Virus record (IMG/VR): IMGVR_UViG_3300021964_000021
Span: 32,001-96,000 of that record
Direction: 5' to 3' (one strand)
DNA length: 64,000 bases
Origin: a virus
Part shown: piece after piece, positions 26,911 to 36,932 of the stretch
How positions within the stretch are numbered: the first letter of the stretch is position 1
Layout: each line of letters opens with the position of its first letter
Translations under genes and position numbers: made by a program
Notes under the pieces: generated by a model
Databases searched by the model: none
What the model saw: only the letters and a program-made list of their open reading frames with translations
What the model was told of the DNA's origin: nothing

Positions 26911-27543
26911 TTAACCTTTAAAATCTTCATCGTTTGATCCATATCCTTTATATATTAGTGCTCCACGGAGCATCTTCCTAAAGGATCTGTTATTATTCTT
27001 CCAAACGTCTGTAATATTAATAGAGCGAGATTTGCCGTCTTTAATATTAACGAAGTCTTCTATTGGTAAATTAGAAGCGGATGTCCACTCAGACCTAGCA
27101 ACGTCTAGCAACAGACCTTTAATTTGACTTATATTATATTTAGATACTGAATTATAAGGTAATGTTAATTTGTTGCGTCTTAAATTTTCAACGACTATCC
27201 CTCTTTTAAGTGGATGAATGTAATGAAGATTACATCCTAAAAAAGAAGTTCCCTCAACTTTAATTACAAATACTAGTGGAAATGGGTCAAATACAGATAC
27301 ATTATCTTTTTCAGAGGAATATTCAAACATAAAGAGATGTCCCTGTTTTGGGAATCTTCTGATCATATTGTCATCTGGATCATCACTGGTGCGATCTTTC
27401 ATCTCATCTCTGATAAGACGTTGTGGATCTGCTGCATATTTTTTTGATAGTCTCCTGAATGCTTTTCTGTAAAAGAATGGAGATCTACCAGGTTCTACAT
27501 CAACTTCCTGTCTTAAATCTTCAAAAAGAGTATTCTTAGACAT
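26911..27543 (-). CDS. gp2: DNA end protector gp2
   Basis: G.LFMFEY...D.FPLV...FLG.NLHY.HP..R, adjacent to gp4. Confidence 0.75.
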   Translation of the reverse strand: MSKNTLFEDLRQEVDVEPGRSPFFYRKAFRRLSKKYAADPQRLIRDEMKDRTSDDPDDNMIRRFPKQGHLFMFEYSSEKDNVSVFDPFPLVFVIKVEGTSFLGCNLHYIHPLKRGIVVENLRRNKLTLPYNSVSKYNISQIKGLLLDVARSEWTSASNLPIEDFVNIKDGKSRSINITDVWKNNNRSFRKMLRGALIYKGYGSNDEDFKG

Positions 27544-27989
27544 TACTTGATTCCTAGTTCGTCTTCGGTTATAATTTTAAATTCAAGTCGTCTATCCTTA
27601 CACCATTCTGTTGCTGCCTTCCATTTGGCTTTGTTCACTTCATATGTCTTTGCTTCATAGATGAAGGATTTAGTCACTTTTTTAGACTTTCTCTCAGGTG
27701 GTTTAGTTTGTTTTTTAGGTTTTACTTCAACCACATATGTTTTTGTAGATCCATTTTTTTCTTTGACTTTTATAAGAAAGTCTGGGAAGTAACGATGAAC
27801 TCTACCATCAATTGGCGATACATATGGAATACAAAACTCCTCACTTGCCCACTCTAAGATATTCTCATTAAGGTCACACCAAGCACAGAATCTACGCTCC
27901 CAACTACTTCTACAAATAATATTGTTGGGGTTACCCTTGTATTTTTTGGGGAACGATGGGCGGTATCTACTTTTAATACTTTCGCTCAT
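27543..27989 (-). CDS. gp4: Head completion nuclease gp4
   Basis: KYKGNP..I..RSSWE, HRYFPDF, EVKPKKQ and N.AKW.AA. Confidence 0.92.
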   Translation of the reverse strand: MSESIKSRYRPSFPKKYKGNPNNIICRSSWERRFCAWCDLNENILEWASEEFCIPYVSPIDGRVHRYFPDFLIKVKEKNGSTKTYVVEVKPKKQTKPPERKSKKVTKSFIYEAKTYEVNKAKWKAATEWCKDRRLEFKIITEDELGIK

Positions 27990-28032
27990 AAACTTGGCTA
28001 CATATAATATAGGGATCCTTAAACTTATTTAG

Positions 28033-28842
28033 ATGGCAAATCCTATCAATCCTGGCGTTAAGATGACGGACTTAAAGTCCAAAATAATGCGACCCTCTTT
28101 GTCATCTGTTTATGGCGTAGTGGTTAAAACGCCAAAAGGTTTTAAATTTGATGGATTTGAATCTGGTGGACAGGAGCTACTTGAATTAACTTGTGTGGAA
28201 GCTACTCTTCCAGGATCCAGTCTTGGGACAATAGAAACTAATAGAGATTTTCGTGGAGTTATCGAGAGGCACGCATATTCAAAATTATATGATGAAACTA
28301 TTGATTTCACCTTTATGGTGACAATGGATCCAGGTAATAATTCTCAAAAATCATACTTACAGATCAAGTTTTTTGAGGCTTGGATGAGATATATTGTTGG
28401 GGAGGACGTAGGAGATAAAGCATTACAAAAACCAACATTTCAATCTACTCTAAGATATCCACAAGATTATCAGGCACCTCTTGCTATTGTTAAATTTGAG
28501 AAAGATTTGGGTTTTGGACTTGAATCTAAACAAAACATACTAGTATATGAGTTTGTCCAAGCATTCCCTAAAGCAATTAGTTCTGTTCCAGTTAGTTATG
28601 AGGGATCTAATGTCTTAAAAACTACAGTATCCTTTACTTATACTAGATACTTTATTTCTGAAGTTGCAGATAAGGAAGATGTAAAATATGCACCACCATC
28701 ACTTGTATTTAATCCATGGGATTTCAATTCAACGAAAAATTTATATAATAGATCTGGATTGGATTTAGATATTTTCAACTCTAATCCTGGTGCTTCATTA
28801 TTTGGAGAGTCTTCATTCCCAATATTCAGAACTACTGAATAA
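28033..28842 (+). CDS. Tail tube-like / baseplate tube initiator (gp54/gp19-like)
   Basis: C.EATLPG, FFEAW, AFPK.I and VSF.Y; transcribed divergently from gp4. Confidence 0.65.
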   Translation: MANPINPGVKMTDLKSKIMRPSLSSVYGVVVKTPKGFKFDGFESGGQELLELTCVEATLPGSSLGTIETNRDFRGVIERHAYSKLYDETIDFTFMVTMDPGNNSQKSYLQIKFFEAWMRYIVGEDVGDKALQKPTFQSTLRYPQDYQAPLAIVKFEKDLGFGLESKQNILVYEFVQAFPKAISSVPVSYEGSNVLKTTVSFTYTRYFISEVADKEDVKYAPPSLVFNPWDFNSTKNLYNRSGLDLDIFNSNPGASLFGESSFPIFRTTE

Positions 28843-28874
28843 CCCCATAAATAAACACATGAATTGATAAGTTT

Positions 28875-29594
28875 ATGCCATTACCTACTATAGCAGCCCC
28901 AACTTATGATCTGGTTCTTCCTTCCACTGGAGAAGAGTTGCAGTTCAGACCATTCTTGGTAAGAGAGGAAAAACTTCTTGTTCTTGCCTTGGAAAGTGAA
29001 GATCCGAAACAAATCACTACAGCAATTAAGACCGTAATTACAAATTGTATTTTGACAAAGGGAGTAAAAGTAGAGACTCTTCCTACTTTTGATATTGAAT
29101 ATCTCTTCTTGAACATTCGTGGTAAGTCTGTAGGTGAAGAGATTGAAGTAAATGTTCTTTGTCCAGATGATGAAGAGACTTATGTCCCAGTGACTATTAA
29201 TATTGATGATATTAAGGTCAAGAAGTCGGAGGGTCATGATAGATTGATTAAGATTGATAGTACCATTGCTATGGAGATGAAGTATCCATCTTTAGAGCAA
29301 TTTATCAAGAGTAATTTTGATTTCTCTGGTGAGAATAATGTTGAACAGTCATTTGATTTGATCGCTACTTGTATCAGTCAGATTCTTACTGAAGAAGAAA
29401 CTTGGGATCTTGATTCTGTTCCTAAAAGTGAAGTTACTGCATTCTTAGATCAAATGAATTCTAATCAGTTCAAACTGATTGAGAAGTTTTTTGAAACTAT
29501 GCCCAAGTTGTCACATGAGATTGAAGTTACCAATCCAAAAACTAAAGTAAAAAGTACAGTCTTATTGGAAGGATTGTCGAGTTTTTTCGCATAG
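28875..29594 (+). CDS. gp26: Baseplate hub assembly protein gp26
   Basis: MPLP.I..P.Y.L.LPS, RPFLV.EEK, FL.IRGKSVGE and GLSSFF. Confidence 0.92.
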   Translation: MPLPTIAAPTYDLVLPSTGEELQFRPFLVREEKLLVLALESEDPKQITTAIKTVITNCILTKGVKVETLPTFDIEYLFLNIRGKSVGEEIEVNVLCPDDEETYVPVTINIDDIKVKKSEGHDRLIKIDSTIAMEMKYPSLEQFIKSNFDFSGENNVEQSFDLIATCISQILTEEETWDLDSVPKSEVTAFLDQMNSNQFKLIEKFFETMPKLSHEIEVTNPKTKVKSTVLLEGLSSFFA

Positions 29595-29605
29595 CCCTCT
29601 CCCAT

Positions 29606-29779
29606 ATGGATTTGGAGAACTACTATAAGTTAAACTTTGCTTTGCTCCAGTACCATAAATACTCATTAACTGAGGTAGAGAATCTAATTCCATGGGAGCG
29701 GGAAGTTTATGTTGCATTGTTGAAGGCTCATTTGGAAGAGGAAAAACTCAAAGCGCAACAAGCAAATAATAGTAACTAA
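29606..29779 (+). CDS. gp51: Baseplate hub assembly catalyst gp51
   Basis: YYKLNFALLQYHKYSLTEVENLIPWEREVY, translated by hand (57 aa, absent from the ORF track). Confidence 0.85.
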   Translation: MDLENYYKLNFALLQYHKYSLTEVENLIPWEREVYVALLKAHLEEEKLKAQQANNSN

Positions 29780-32310
29780 TGGCGAGAACACCAACATTTA
29801 TTCGCGAATTTGTACCATACTCCACAGTTAAGCAGAACGAGCTTAAGTGGAGTAGTTATGCTGCCAGCCGTATTTCTTACAATAGAAATCTTCTTGCTCG
29901 CGAATTTGGTGTAGATCCAGATAAAGTATATTCAACTTTTGCAAGGAATTTTAAGAAGCATACAAAAGATTTTCCTTTAGCAGCAGTAGATACTGGAACA
30001 GAGAAGAATAAGGCAGATTATGAGAAGCAGGAGCAGTATGTTCTGTTCTTGTGGAATTATTATGTTGTAGATAAACCGAAAAAGGTAAGTTTACCTAAGA
30101 AACCAAAAGAGACTACGGTACAAAAACCTAAGGTAGAGGATTCTTATGACGAACAAGAGGTAGATCCAGATAACCCTTATGCTGGTGATACTGATGACCC
30201 TCCAATGATTGCGGAGATGAGTCGTGTTAAACCAAAAAAGGGTGGTGCATTAAAAAAACCAAAAGCAACAGTATCAAAAACATATGTACCAGCGGGACCA
30301 TCAAAAGATGATCTTCTTGGTGATGCTGCAGAAGAGATTGATCCAAGGATAGCAGAACTTCTTGGATTGGAAGATGGTTTTGATTTCAGTTATGATGATT
30401 ATCTTACAATGTTAAAAGAGTGGCAAGTTGCTGCTCGAATGACAGATAGCAAGGTATCTACTGAAGATTCCATGCTGATTGACGAGGAGAGGAAGAGAGT
30501 AAGAAGTAAGACTGGCAAATTTAAGGTAAATGTAAAGAGAGTTGATAAAACAACAACAAAACCTGCAACAAAACCAACCAGTGGTATGGTTGGAAGTGGT
30601 CCAGAAAAACAGCAACTTCTTCTTGCTCCTGGAGAAGATAGTAAGAAGAAGAGGAAGCGTAAAGCATCTCTTGAAGAGAATGTTGCTGCGATAAGAAAGT
30701 CTGTTGAGAAGATATTCAAAGTTCTGAATGGTCAATTTGAGGCTATAAAAAAGAAGTCAGAACTTGATAGACGTAATAAACAAAAAGAGAAGAGAAGAAA
30801 GAAGGAGAGTGCTTTAGAGGGAGCTGGAAAGTTTATGATGAATCAGGCAATGAAACTTGCCGCTCCTACGTTTGATTTGTTAGACAGATTATTTAAATTC
30901 ATCGGAACTATTTTACTCGGAAGAGTAATGATCAAGTTGCTTGAGTGGTTGGCAGATCCAAAAAATCGGGAGAAAGTTGAGTCACTGGGAAGATTCTTAC
31001 AAGATTGGTGGCCAGTATTATTATCTGCATTTGTTCTGTTTGCAACTCCATTAGGTGCATTGATTCGGTCTGTTCTTGCAGGAGTAGTGAAACTGTCTAT
31101 GTTTATGGCAAAGAAGGCAATTCCAGGTCTTCTTAAATTTGCTAGAGCACATCCTCTTGCAGCAGCTGCTACGGTAGTTGTTGGTGGTGCAGCAATTGGT
31201 GGCATCATGCAATCTCAAACACAATCAAATGATCCTGAGAGAGCAAAAGACGGTAAGACTCAGTTAGATGATACTCTAGAGTTTGGTGGCGCTACTGGAG
31301 ATCCCATGAGTGTATTGGGTACTATGTCTGGCGGTGGTCGAGTTCCAAGATACTCTAGAGGTGGAGGGGTTCAAAGAAATAGAAGAACTATGCCATCTGG
31401 TGGAAAGGTAACACATTCCACTGGTAAGAGAGTTAGGGGTGCAGGAAAAGATACTCAGATGATTGTTGCTCAACCTGGTGAGATTGTAATGTCTAAACCA
31501 GCAGTTGATAAGATTGGAGCACCCTTCCTCCTTGGTCTTAACAAGATGGGTGGTGGGACAAACCAACCAACATATTCTAAAATGGGAGATATTCAATTTG
31601 CTCAGGGTGGTGGACAAATTGGAGTTAATATTAATGATAATTTAAATAATTTAAGTATACAGGAGTTAAGTAAGTTATTAGATCCAACAGAACCAGGTGC
31701 AAGAAGACCTCACGTATTCAGAGCAGCAAGAGAAGCAAGGCAAAGATATTCTGCTGCTCCAAGAGAAGAAATAGAAAGACAGGCATTAATTGCAACTATT
31801 CGTGCTGTTAGATCTCCAGAACCACAACAATCATCTAGATCTCCCCTATCGTCTTCCACATCAAGAAGAGAATCGACATCTGGTACTTCTATGGCAGGAG
31901 CGATGACTGGACGTAGAACCTCTCCACCCCCATCTTCACCTTCACCTCAAATGCAAACTCAGGAAAGTGAGAGTGATTCTGAAATGGGTGTACAAGGTCC
32001 TGGTAATATGTTATCGAGTTCTGCGGGAGCAGCGCCATTTTCTGGTGTCATACCAAAACCAACGAAACCACCATCAGCAACACCTAAACCTCCCCCAGCA
32101 ATGCTAGGTAAAGGTAATTTGCCTCCTACTCCAGAAGCACCAACACCTCAGGTTAGTGTTATGGCATCATCTAATGTTGTTGATTCTGGAGGTAAACGTG
32201 CTCCTGGATCCACTGGTGCTAGAGATTTACCCACAGATTTTCAGGCATTCTATCAAACAGAATTGAGGATTCAGATGCTTGCTATCTATGGAATCACTGA
32301 GGTAGAGTAA
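29779..32310 (+). CDS. Large tail or baseplate hub protein (tape-measure-like)
   Basis: Coiled-coil and hydrophobic Ala/Gly-rich segments, GGG.V and PGEIVM motifs; follows gp51. Confidence 0.55.
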   Translation: MARTPTFIREFVPYSTVKQNELKWSSYAASRISYNRNLLAREFGVDPDKVYSTFARNFKKHTKDFPLAAVDTGTEKNKADYEKQEQYVLFLWNYYVVDKPKKVSLPKKPKETTVQKPKVEDSYDEQEVDPDNPYAGDTDDPPMIAEMSRVKPKKGGALKKPKATVSKTYVPAGPSKDDLLGDAAEEIDPRIAELLGLEDGFDFSYDDYLTMLKEWQVAARMTDSKVSTEDSMLIDEERKRVRSKTGKFKVNVKRVDKTTTKPATKPTSGMVGSGPEKQQLLLAPGEDSKKKRKRKASLEENVAAIRKSVEKIFKVLNGQFEAIKKKSELDRRNKQKEKRRKKESALEGAGKFMMNQAMKLAAPTFDLLDRLFKFIGTILLGRVMIKLLEWLADPKNREKVESLGRFLQDWWPVLLSAFVLFATPLGALIRSVLAGVVKLSMFMAKKAIPGLLKFARAHPLAAAATVVVGGAAIGGIMQSQTQSNDPERAKDGKTQLDDTLEFGGATGDPMSVLGTMSGGGRVPRYSRGGGVQRNRRTMPSGGKVTHSTGKRVRGAGKDTQMIVAQPGEIVMSKPAVDKIGAPFLLGLNKMGGGTNQPTYSKMGDIQFAQGGGQIGVNINDNLNNLSIQELSKLLDPTEPGARRPHVFRAAREARQRYSAAPREEIERQALIATIRAVRSPEPQQSSRSPLSSSTSRRESTSGTSMAGAMTGRRTSPPPSSPSPQMQTQESESDSEMGVQGPGNMLSSSAGAAPFSGVIPKPTKPPSATPKPPPAMLGKGNLPPTPEAPTPQVSVMASSNVVDSGGKRAPGSTGARDLPTDFQAFYQTELRIQMLAIYGITEVE

Positions 32311-32311
32311 G

Positions 32312-35017
32312 ATGGCAGTTAATACTCAAAGATTTTTGCCTTCAAGTGGTGGAGCATCTGCAACAACAAGACCAACAGCAACACTTGTCCCTTACAAAAA
32401 ACCTTCTGGTGGGGCACTTGTAAAGCAACAATCTGATGATAGTAAAGAAGAAGAAATCACTCCTTCGTTGGAGGAGAATGTTGCTGCTATTAGAGTAACA
32501 ACAAAGAAGATTGAAAAAATTATTGGTCGAACTTTAAAACTTAACAAGGATACAATGAGGTTCGAGGCGAGAACGAACCAAAAAAATCTTCGTGAAGAAA
32601 AGGAGAAAAAAAGAGAAAATAAAAAGAAGAAGGGTATAAAAATGCCCAAGGGAATTAATATTCCTGGAACGGGATTTTTGGATGGAATTAGGAATTTTTT
32701 AGGAACAATAATTCTAGGTAGATTATTGGTGCTTTTGGTTGATTATGCACCAAAAATTGCAGAGTTTGTTAAATTTATTTCCCCTATCGCTAAATTTATT
32801 GGTGATGTTGTTAGTGGACTTGCGGATAAATTAGTAACTGCAATTGACTTTGGATATAAAGTAAAGGATAAAATAGAAGAGACAACTAAAAATCTATTTG
32901 GTGATGATGGACTAAAGAAATTTAAAGAATTTCAAGGTCATTTTACTAAATTCATGAATCTGGCAATGATCGCAATTATGCTTGCTGGAACTACTTCTTA
33001 TGATGTTAACAAGGGAAGACGTGGAGGAGGTGGTAATAATCTTAATCGTAGAGGTGTAGATGCTGATGGATTTAAAAATCGTACTGGCAATGCTCTTCAA
33101 ACTCAAAGAAATGCAAAAGGAAAATACACCCTTCTAGAGGGAGGTAGTTATAGAGACGATATTAAACAGAGATATACTCGAAGGTTTGGTGAAAAAGCTA
33201 CTAGAAATAGATTTGGAGCAGCTGCTTCAAATGTTAGTAAGAAGGTAGCTACTAAAGGTCTTCGTGCTGGTGCAGGTAAGATCGCTGGTAAGATTCCAAT
33301 TGTTGGTCCTCTGATTGACTTTGGAATCAGAGCATTTATTTTTAAAGAACCACTTGGTAAAGCAGCAGCAGGTGCTGTTGGTGCTGGTGTTGGACAAGCA
33401 CTTGGAACTTGGTTAGGTGGTGTTGTTGGTGGTCTTGCTGGATCCGTCGTACCAATTGTTGGTAATCTTCTTGGTGCTGCAGGTGGTGCTACATTAGGTG
33501 GACTGATTGGTGGTGTTATTGGTGATCAAATTGGTATCAGTCTTTACAATGTTCTTACAAATAAAGAAGATGCAGGTGCTGTTGAAGATGCTAGTCTTGA
33601 AGCGAAGGAAAAGGGTGGTGTAGTTGGTAAGGAAGAATATGAATCGGAGAGAGAGAAGAGAGCAAGAAATGCAAGAATCCAGAAGATAATGCCCTCAAGT
33701 GATCAACACATGAAGGTTAATGTTGCGAGAGCAAAACAAGCCAAAGGAAGGAAGGGCAATATTTTTAATAGATTATTCTCCTTTATGACAGATGCTGCTG
33801 AGACTGTCACTTCATTTGTCAATCCATTTGATAAAATTAAAGACGCTGTAAAGAAATTAAGAGCAACTAATAGTGGTATTTTAAGTAAGATCATGGCACT
33901 TGGTGCTGATCTTATTGCGGGTAAAAAACCAGACGCTAGATCAATTAAGGCTATTGTTAAAACATTAATAACATTTTTTGATGCTGCTATCCCTGCACCA
34001 ATAGGATTAATCACTAACATACTGCAAAAGTTAGCAAATGGTGGTTATGTTCTTGAGACTCCACAAGAACAAAAGAAGAGAACTCGTGAGTTTACTAAAA
34101 TAGTTGAACGTAAGTTTCTGCGGGATGCTACTAGAGACACTACACGGGCACTGAATGTTATTAAGGGTATTAAGGGGGAGACGGATGAACAAGCTGCTCG
34201 TAGGAGTGGTGGTGGTAATAATCCAACTACTCCTCTTGTTCCTGGAGGAAATAGACCAGCAAGTGCGGGAGCAACATTAAGCGGTTCTGATAAATTGGGT
34301 GGTGTGAGTGGCACTTCTGGTAGTGTTGCTATTAATGGTGCAGAGCAGACTGCCTTAAGTGTATCTTATACTCCTTTTGCAGAATCAGACATTCAAAAGG
34401 GTGGTGTTGTAATTACATCGGCTAAAGGGTACAGGAGAAGAACTAATAGTACTCATAATGGATATGATATCGCTGCACCTACGGATACCCCAATGTATGC
34501 ATATTTGGATGGAGAAGTGACTCATGCCAATGCCACAGACATTAATGGTGCTGGATATGGTTACTGGATTGTATGGAAAGATTCTGTTCATGGTGCTTAT
34601 CACTTCTTCGGTCATTTACATAGACCCCCTGCATTGGGTGTTGGTGCTAAGTTCAAAGCGGGTGCATTACTTGGCAACGTTGGTAGCACTGGTAGATCTA
34701 CTGGACCACACTTGCACTGGGAAATATCTAATAGTCCTCCCGCAGCGAATGGTCAGTTCAGTAGTTACCTAGATCCTGGAAATTGGGTTAATACTCATGG
34801 AGCTCAAAAGAAAGAACCTCAAATAACACCACCTACCCCTACAACCACTCCAGATGATATATCATCAAAAGCAGACTATGAAATAACTGGAACGGTTATT
34901 GCAGTCCATGAAACTACTAAGATTGTAAGAGTTCCTGTTCTAAACCGTAGGGGTCGTGAAGTAGGAACTAAGAATGTGACTGTTCATAAGGATGCTACAG
35001 TCATTGCACCTACTTGA
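32312..35017 (+). CDS. Tape-measure-like protein with C-terminal M23 peptidase
   Basis: Gly-zipper region plus M23 motifs HNGYD and GSTGRSTGPHLHWE. Confidence 0.75.
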   Translation: MAVNTQRFLPSSGGASATTRPTATLVPYKKPSGGALVKQQSDDSKEEEITPSLEENVAAIRVTTKKIEKIIGRTLKLNKDTMRFEARTNQKNLREEKEKKRENKKKKGIKMPKGINIPGTGFLDGIRNFLGTIILGRLLVLLVDYAPKIAEFVKFISPIAKFIGDVVSGLADKLVTAIDFGYKVKDKIEETTKNLFGDDGLKKFKEFQGHFTKFMNLAMIAIMLAGTTSYDVNKGRRGGGGNNLNRRGVDADGFKNRTGNALQTQRNAKGKYTLLEGGSYRDDIKQRYTRRFGEKATRNRFGAAASNVSKKVATKGLRAGAGKIAGKIPIVGPLIDFGIRAFIFKEPLGKAAAGAVGAGVGQALGTWLGGVVGGLAGSVVPIVGNLLGAAGGATLGGLIGGVIGDQIGISLYNVLTNKEDAGAVEDASLEAKEKGGVVGKEEYESEREKRARNARIQKIMPSSDQHMKVNVARAKQAKGRKGNIFNRLFSFMTDAAETVTSFVNPFDKIKDAVKKLRATNSGILSKIMALGADLIAGKKPDARSIKAIVKTLITFFDAAIPAPIGLITNILQKLANGGYVLETPQEQKKRTREFTKIVERKFLRDATRDTTRALNVIKGIKGETDEQAARRSGGGNNPTTPLVPGGNRPASAGATLSGSDKLGGVSGTSGSVAINGAEQTALSVSYTPFAESDIQKGGVVITSAKGYRRRTNSTHNGYDIAAPTDTPMYAYLDGEVTHANATDINGAGYGYWIVWKDSVHGAYHFFGHLHRPPALGVGAKFKAGALLGNVGSTGRSTGPHLHWEISNSPPAANGQFSSYLDPGNWVNTHGAQKKEPQITPPTPTTTPDDISSKADYEITGTVIAVHETTKIVRVPVLNRRGREVGTKNVTVHKDATVIAPT

Positions 35018-35044
35018 TTAAATAATAAGTAATCTATAGATACC

Positions 35045-36667
35045 ATGCCTACAGCAAATCTAGCAACTAATTCAGGTAATATCTCAAAACTTGAGATATT
35101 CTCAAATAAAGTAAATGGCAGCAAAGACATCTCTGCTGGTGTTGTAGAGTGTGATTATTATGAGAGTATTCTTGAACCGACAGTAAGATTTTCTATTCTA
35201 GTTGCAGATTCTGGACATGAAGTTGGTGGTGGAGAACAGGCAGTATCTGCAATTCAATATTTAAAATTATCAGGTTCAGAGAAGGTGCATCTTACACTAG
35301 AAGATGCTTATGGTAATAAGTTGAAGTATGAGGGTGATAATGCTTTATATGTGGAGAAGGTAAGGAATATAACATCATCTCAAAGTGGGGTGATGTATGT
35401 TATTGATTTGTTTTCAAGAGAGGCAGTTGCGAATGATCTTGTAGCATGTGAAGTTTATCGTAGATTTGATGGTGAAATAAGTGCTACAGCAACTGCCATT
35501 CTTAATGATGCACTAAAGACTACAAAAAATATTATTGTTGATAGCACTGCAAATAAATTTAATGTTGAAGGTAGAGGTAAAAAACCATTCAGACTATTGG
35601 CAGAGATTGCTACTAGAGGAGTATCTGCCAAGTCTCAGAGTAGTGCAGGATACCTATTTTTTGAGACATATGATGGATTTAATTTTAGATCAATTGACAA
35701 TTTATTTGATGATTCTGAAGGTGCTAGAGCATACATTTATAATAATAGTACAGAACTTCCTGCGGGATATGAGGCAAAGATTATCAGTTATGATGCAGAT
35801 CAAAGCATAAGTGTATCTAAAAATCTAAAGTCTGGTTCATATGGTACAGTATTAGAAACGTCTAATACATTCTCTCACATTTTTAATCCAAGGGAACAAG
35901 AGATAACCACTGATGAGCAAAAGATACATGGTGGACTAGAAGTTCCAGAACTAGCCAAAGAATTTATTGAAGTATTCCAGAGCACTGTATCAAAGAGGTT
36001 CTCTAAAAAGGATGATGTTGGAAATCTTCCTACGGGATCTGTAGAGGAGCAGGTCGATCAAGCAACAGAACCAAATTTAAAGTTGGATGAAGTCATATTG
36101 CAGAGTGCTATGACCTATAATAAATTATTCAGTTTAGACATTACTATTGTAGTTCCAGGAGATTACACTTTAAGAGCTGGTTCTATTGTTCATGCTGACT
36201 TCCCACAAAAAGACGCCAAGATGGAGAAGGGGGATGATTTTGATAAGGAATTAAGTGGACTTTATATTGTATCTGATATCTGCACTCACTTGACTCAGAG
36301 TCATACTTTGACTAAAATGAGATTAGTTAGGGATTCATATGGTAGACAACCAAATAGAAGCACTGCGACTTCTGGAGCTCCTATTTCAATAGGTCAAGAG
36401 AGTTCAAAGGGTATATTTGGTTCTGGATTATCCAATCCATTCTCTGTATTGGGTAATACTGATGATTCTATTGCAAAATTCTTATCAGCAGAAGAGAGAG
36501 ATCTCGTCAATAAATGGAATAGTGGTACTTGGGAACCAAGTGGAACTACTGATAACATTACAAATGTGATTGATAAAACATCTGTTGGTAAAAATATTGA
36601 TGTTGATTTGGATGCTGGTTATGATGACCCTAACTTCAAACCAGAAGATTATCTGGATTTAGACTAA
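35045..36667 (+). CDS. Baseplate hub protein (gp27-like)
   Basis: YYESI, YLFFET.DGFNFRSID.L, VPGD..L.AG and SGLYIV..I. Confidence 0.6.
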   Translation: MPTANLATNSGNISKLEIFSNKVNGSKDISAGVVECDYYESILEPTVRFSILVADSGHEVGGGEQAVSAIQYLKLSGSEKVHLTLEDAYGNKLKYEGDNALYVEKVRNITSSQSGVMYVIDLFSREAVANDLVACEVYRRFDGEISATATAILNDALKTTKNIIVDSTANKFNVEGRGKKPFRLLAEIATRGVSAKSQSSAGYLFFETYDGFNFRSIDNLFDDSEGARAYIYNNSTELPAGYEAKIISYDADQSISVSKNLKSGSYGTVLETSNTFSHIFNPREQEITTDEQKIHGGLEVPELAKEFIEVFQSTVSKRFSKKDDVGNLPTGSVEEQVDQATEPNLKLDEVILQSAMTYNKLFSLDITIVVPGDYTLRAGSIVHADFPQKDAKMEKGDDFDKELSGLYIVSDICTHLTQSHTLTKMRLVRDSYGRQPNRSTATSGAPISIGQESSKGIFGSGLSNPFSVLGNTDDSIAKFLSAEERDLVNKWNSGTWEPSGTTDNITNVIDKTSVGKNIDVDLDAGYDDPNFKPEDYLDLD

Positions 36668-36695
36668 TAAATAATCAATAACTCGATCAACCATT

Positions 36696-36923
36696 ATGGA
36701 TAACATCGAACAACACATCGAGGTAGATAAAAATATCCTTGAGGATCCTACTACCTCTCCACAACAACGTCGTCACATCGAGGAAGAATTACACGACCTC
36801 GAAGATTGGGTAGAGCATCATAAAGAAGAGATCGAAGCGGGGGATCATCATGATCCATCTCCACTTGAACTTTATTGTGATCAAAACCCATCCGCACTTG
36901 AATGCAAGATTCACGATAATTGA
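36696..36923 (+). CDS. cp12: CP12 Calvin-cycle inhibitor
   Basis: EEEL..LE and C-terminal LELYCDQNPSALECKIHD; AATAAATA upstream. Confidence 0.88.
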   Translation: MDNIEQHIEVDKNILEDPTTSPQQRRHIEEELHDLEDWVEHHKEEIEAGDHHDPSPLELYCDQNPSALECKIHDN

Positions 36924-36932
36924 TTTATATAA

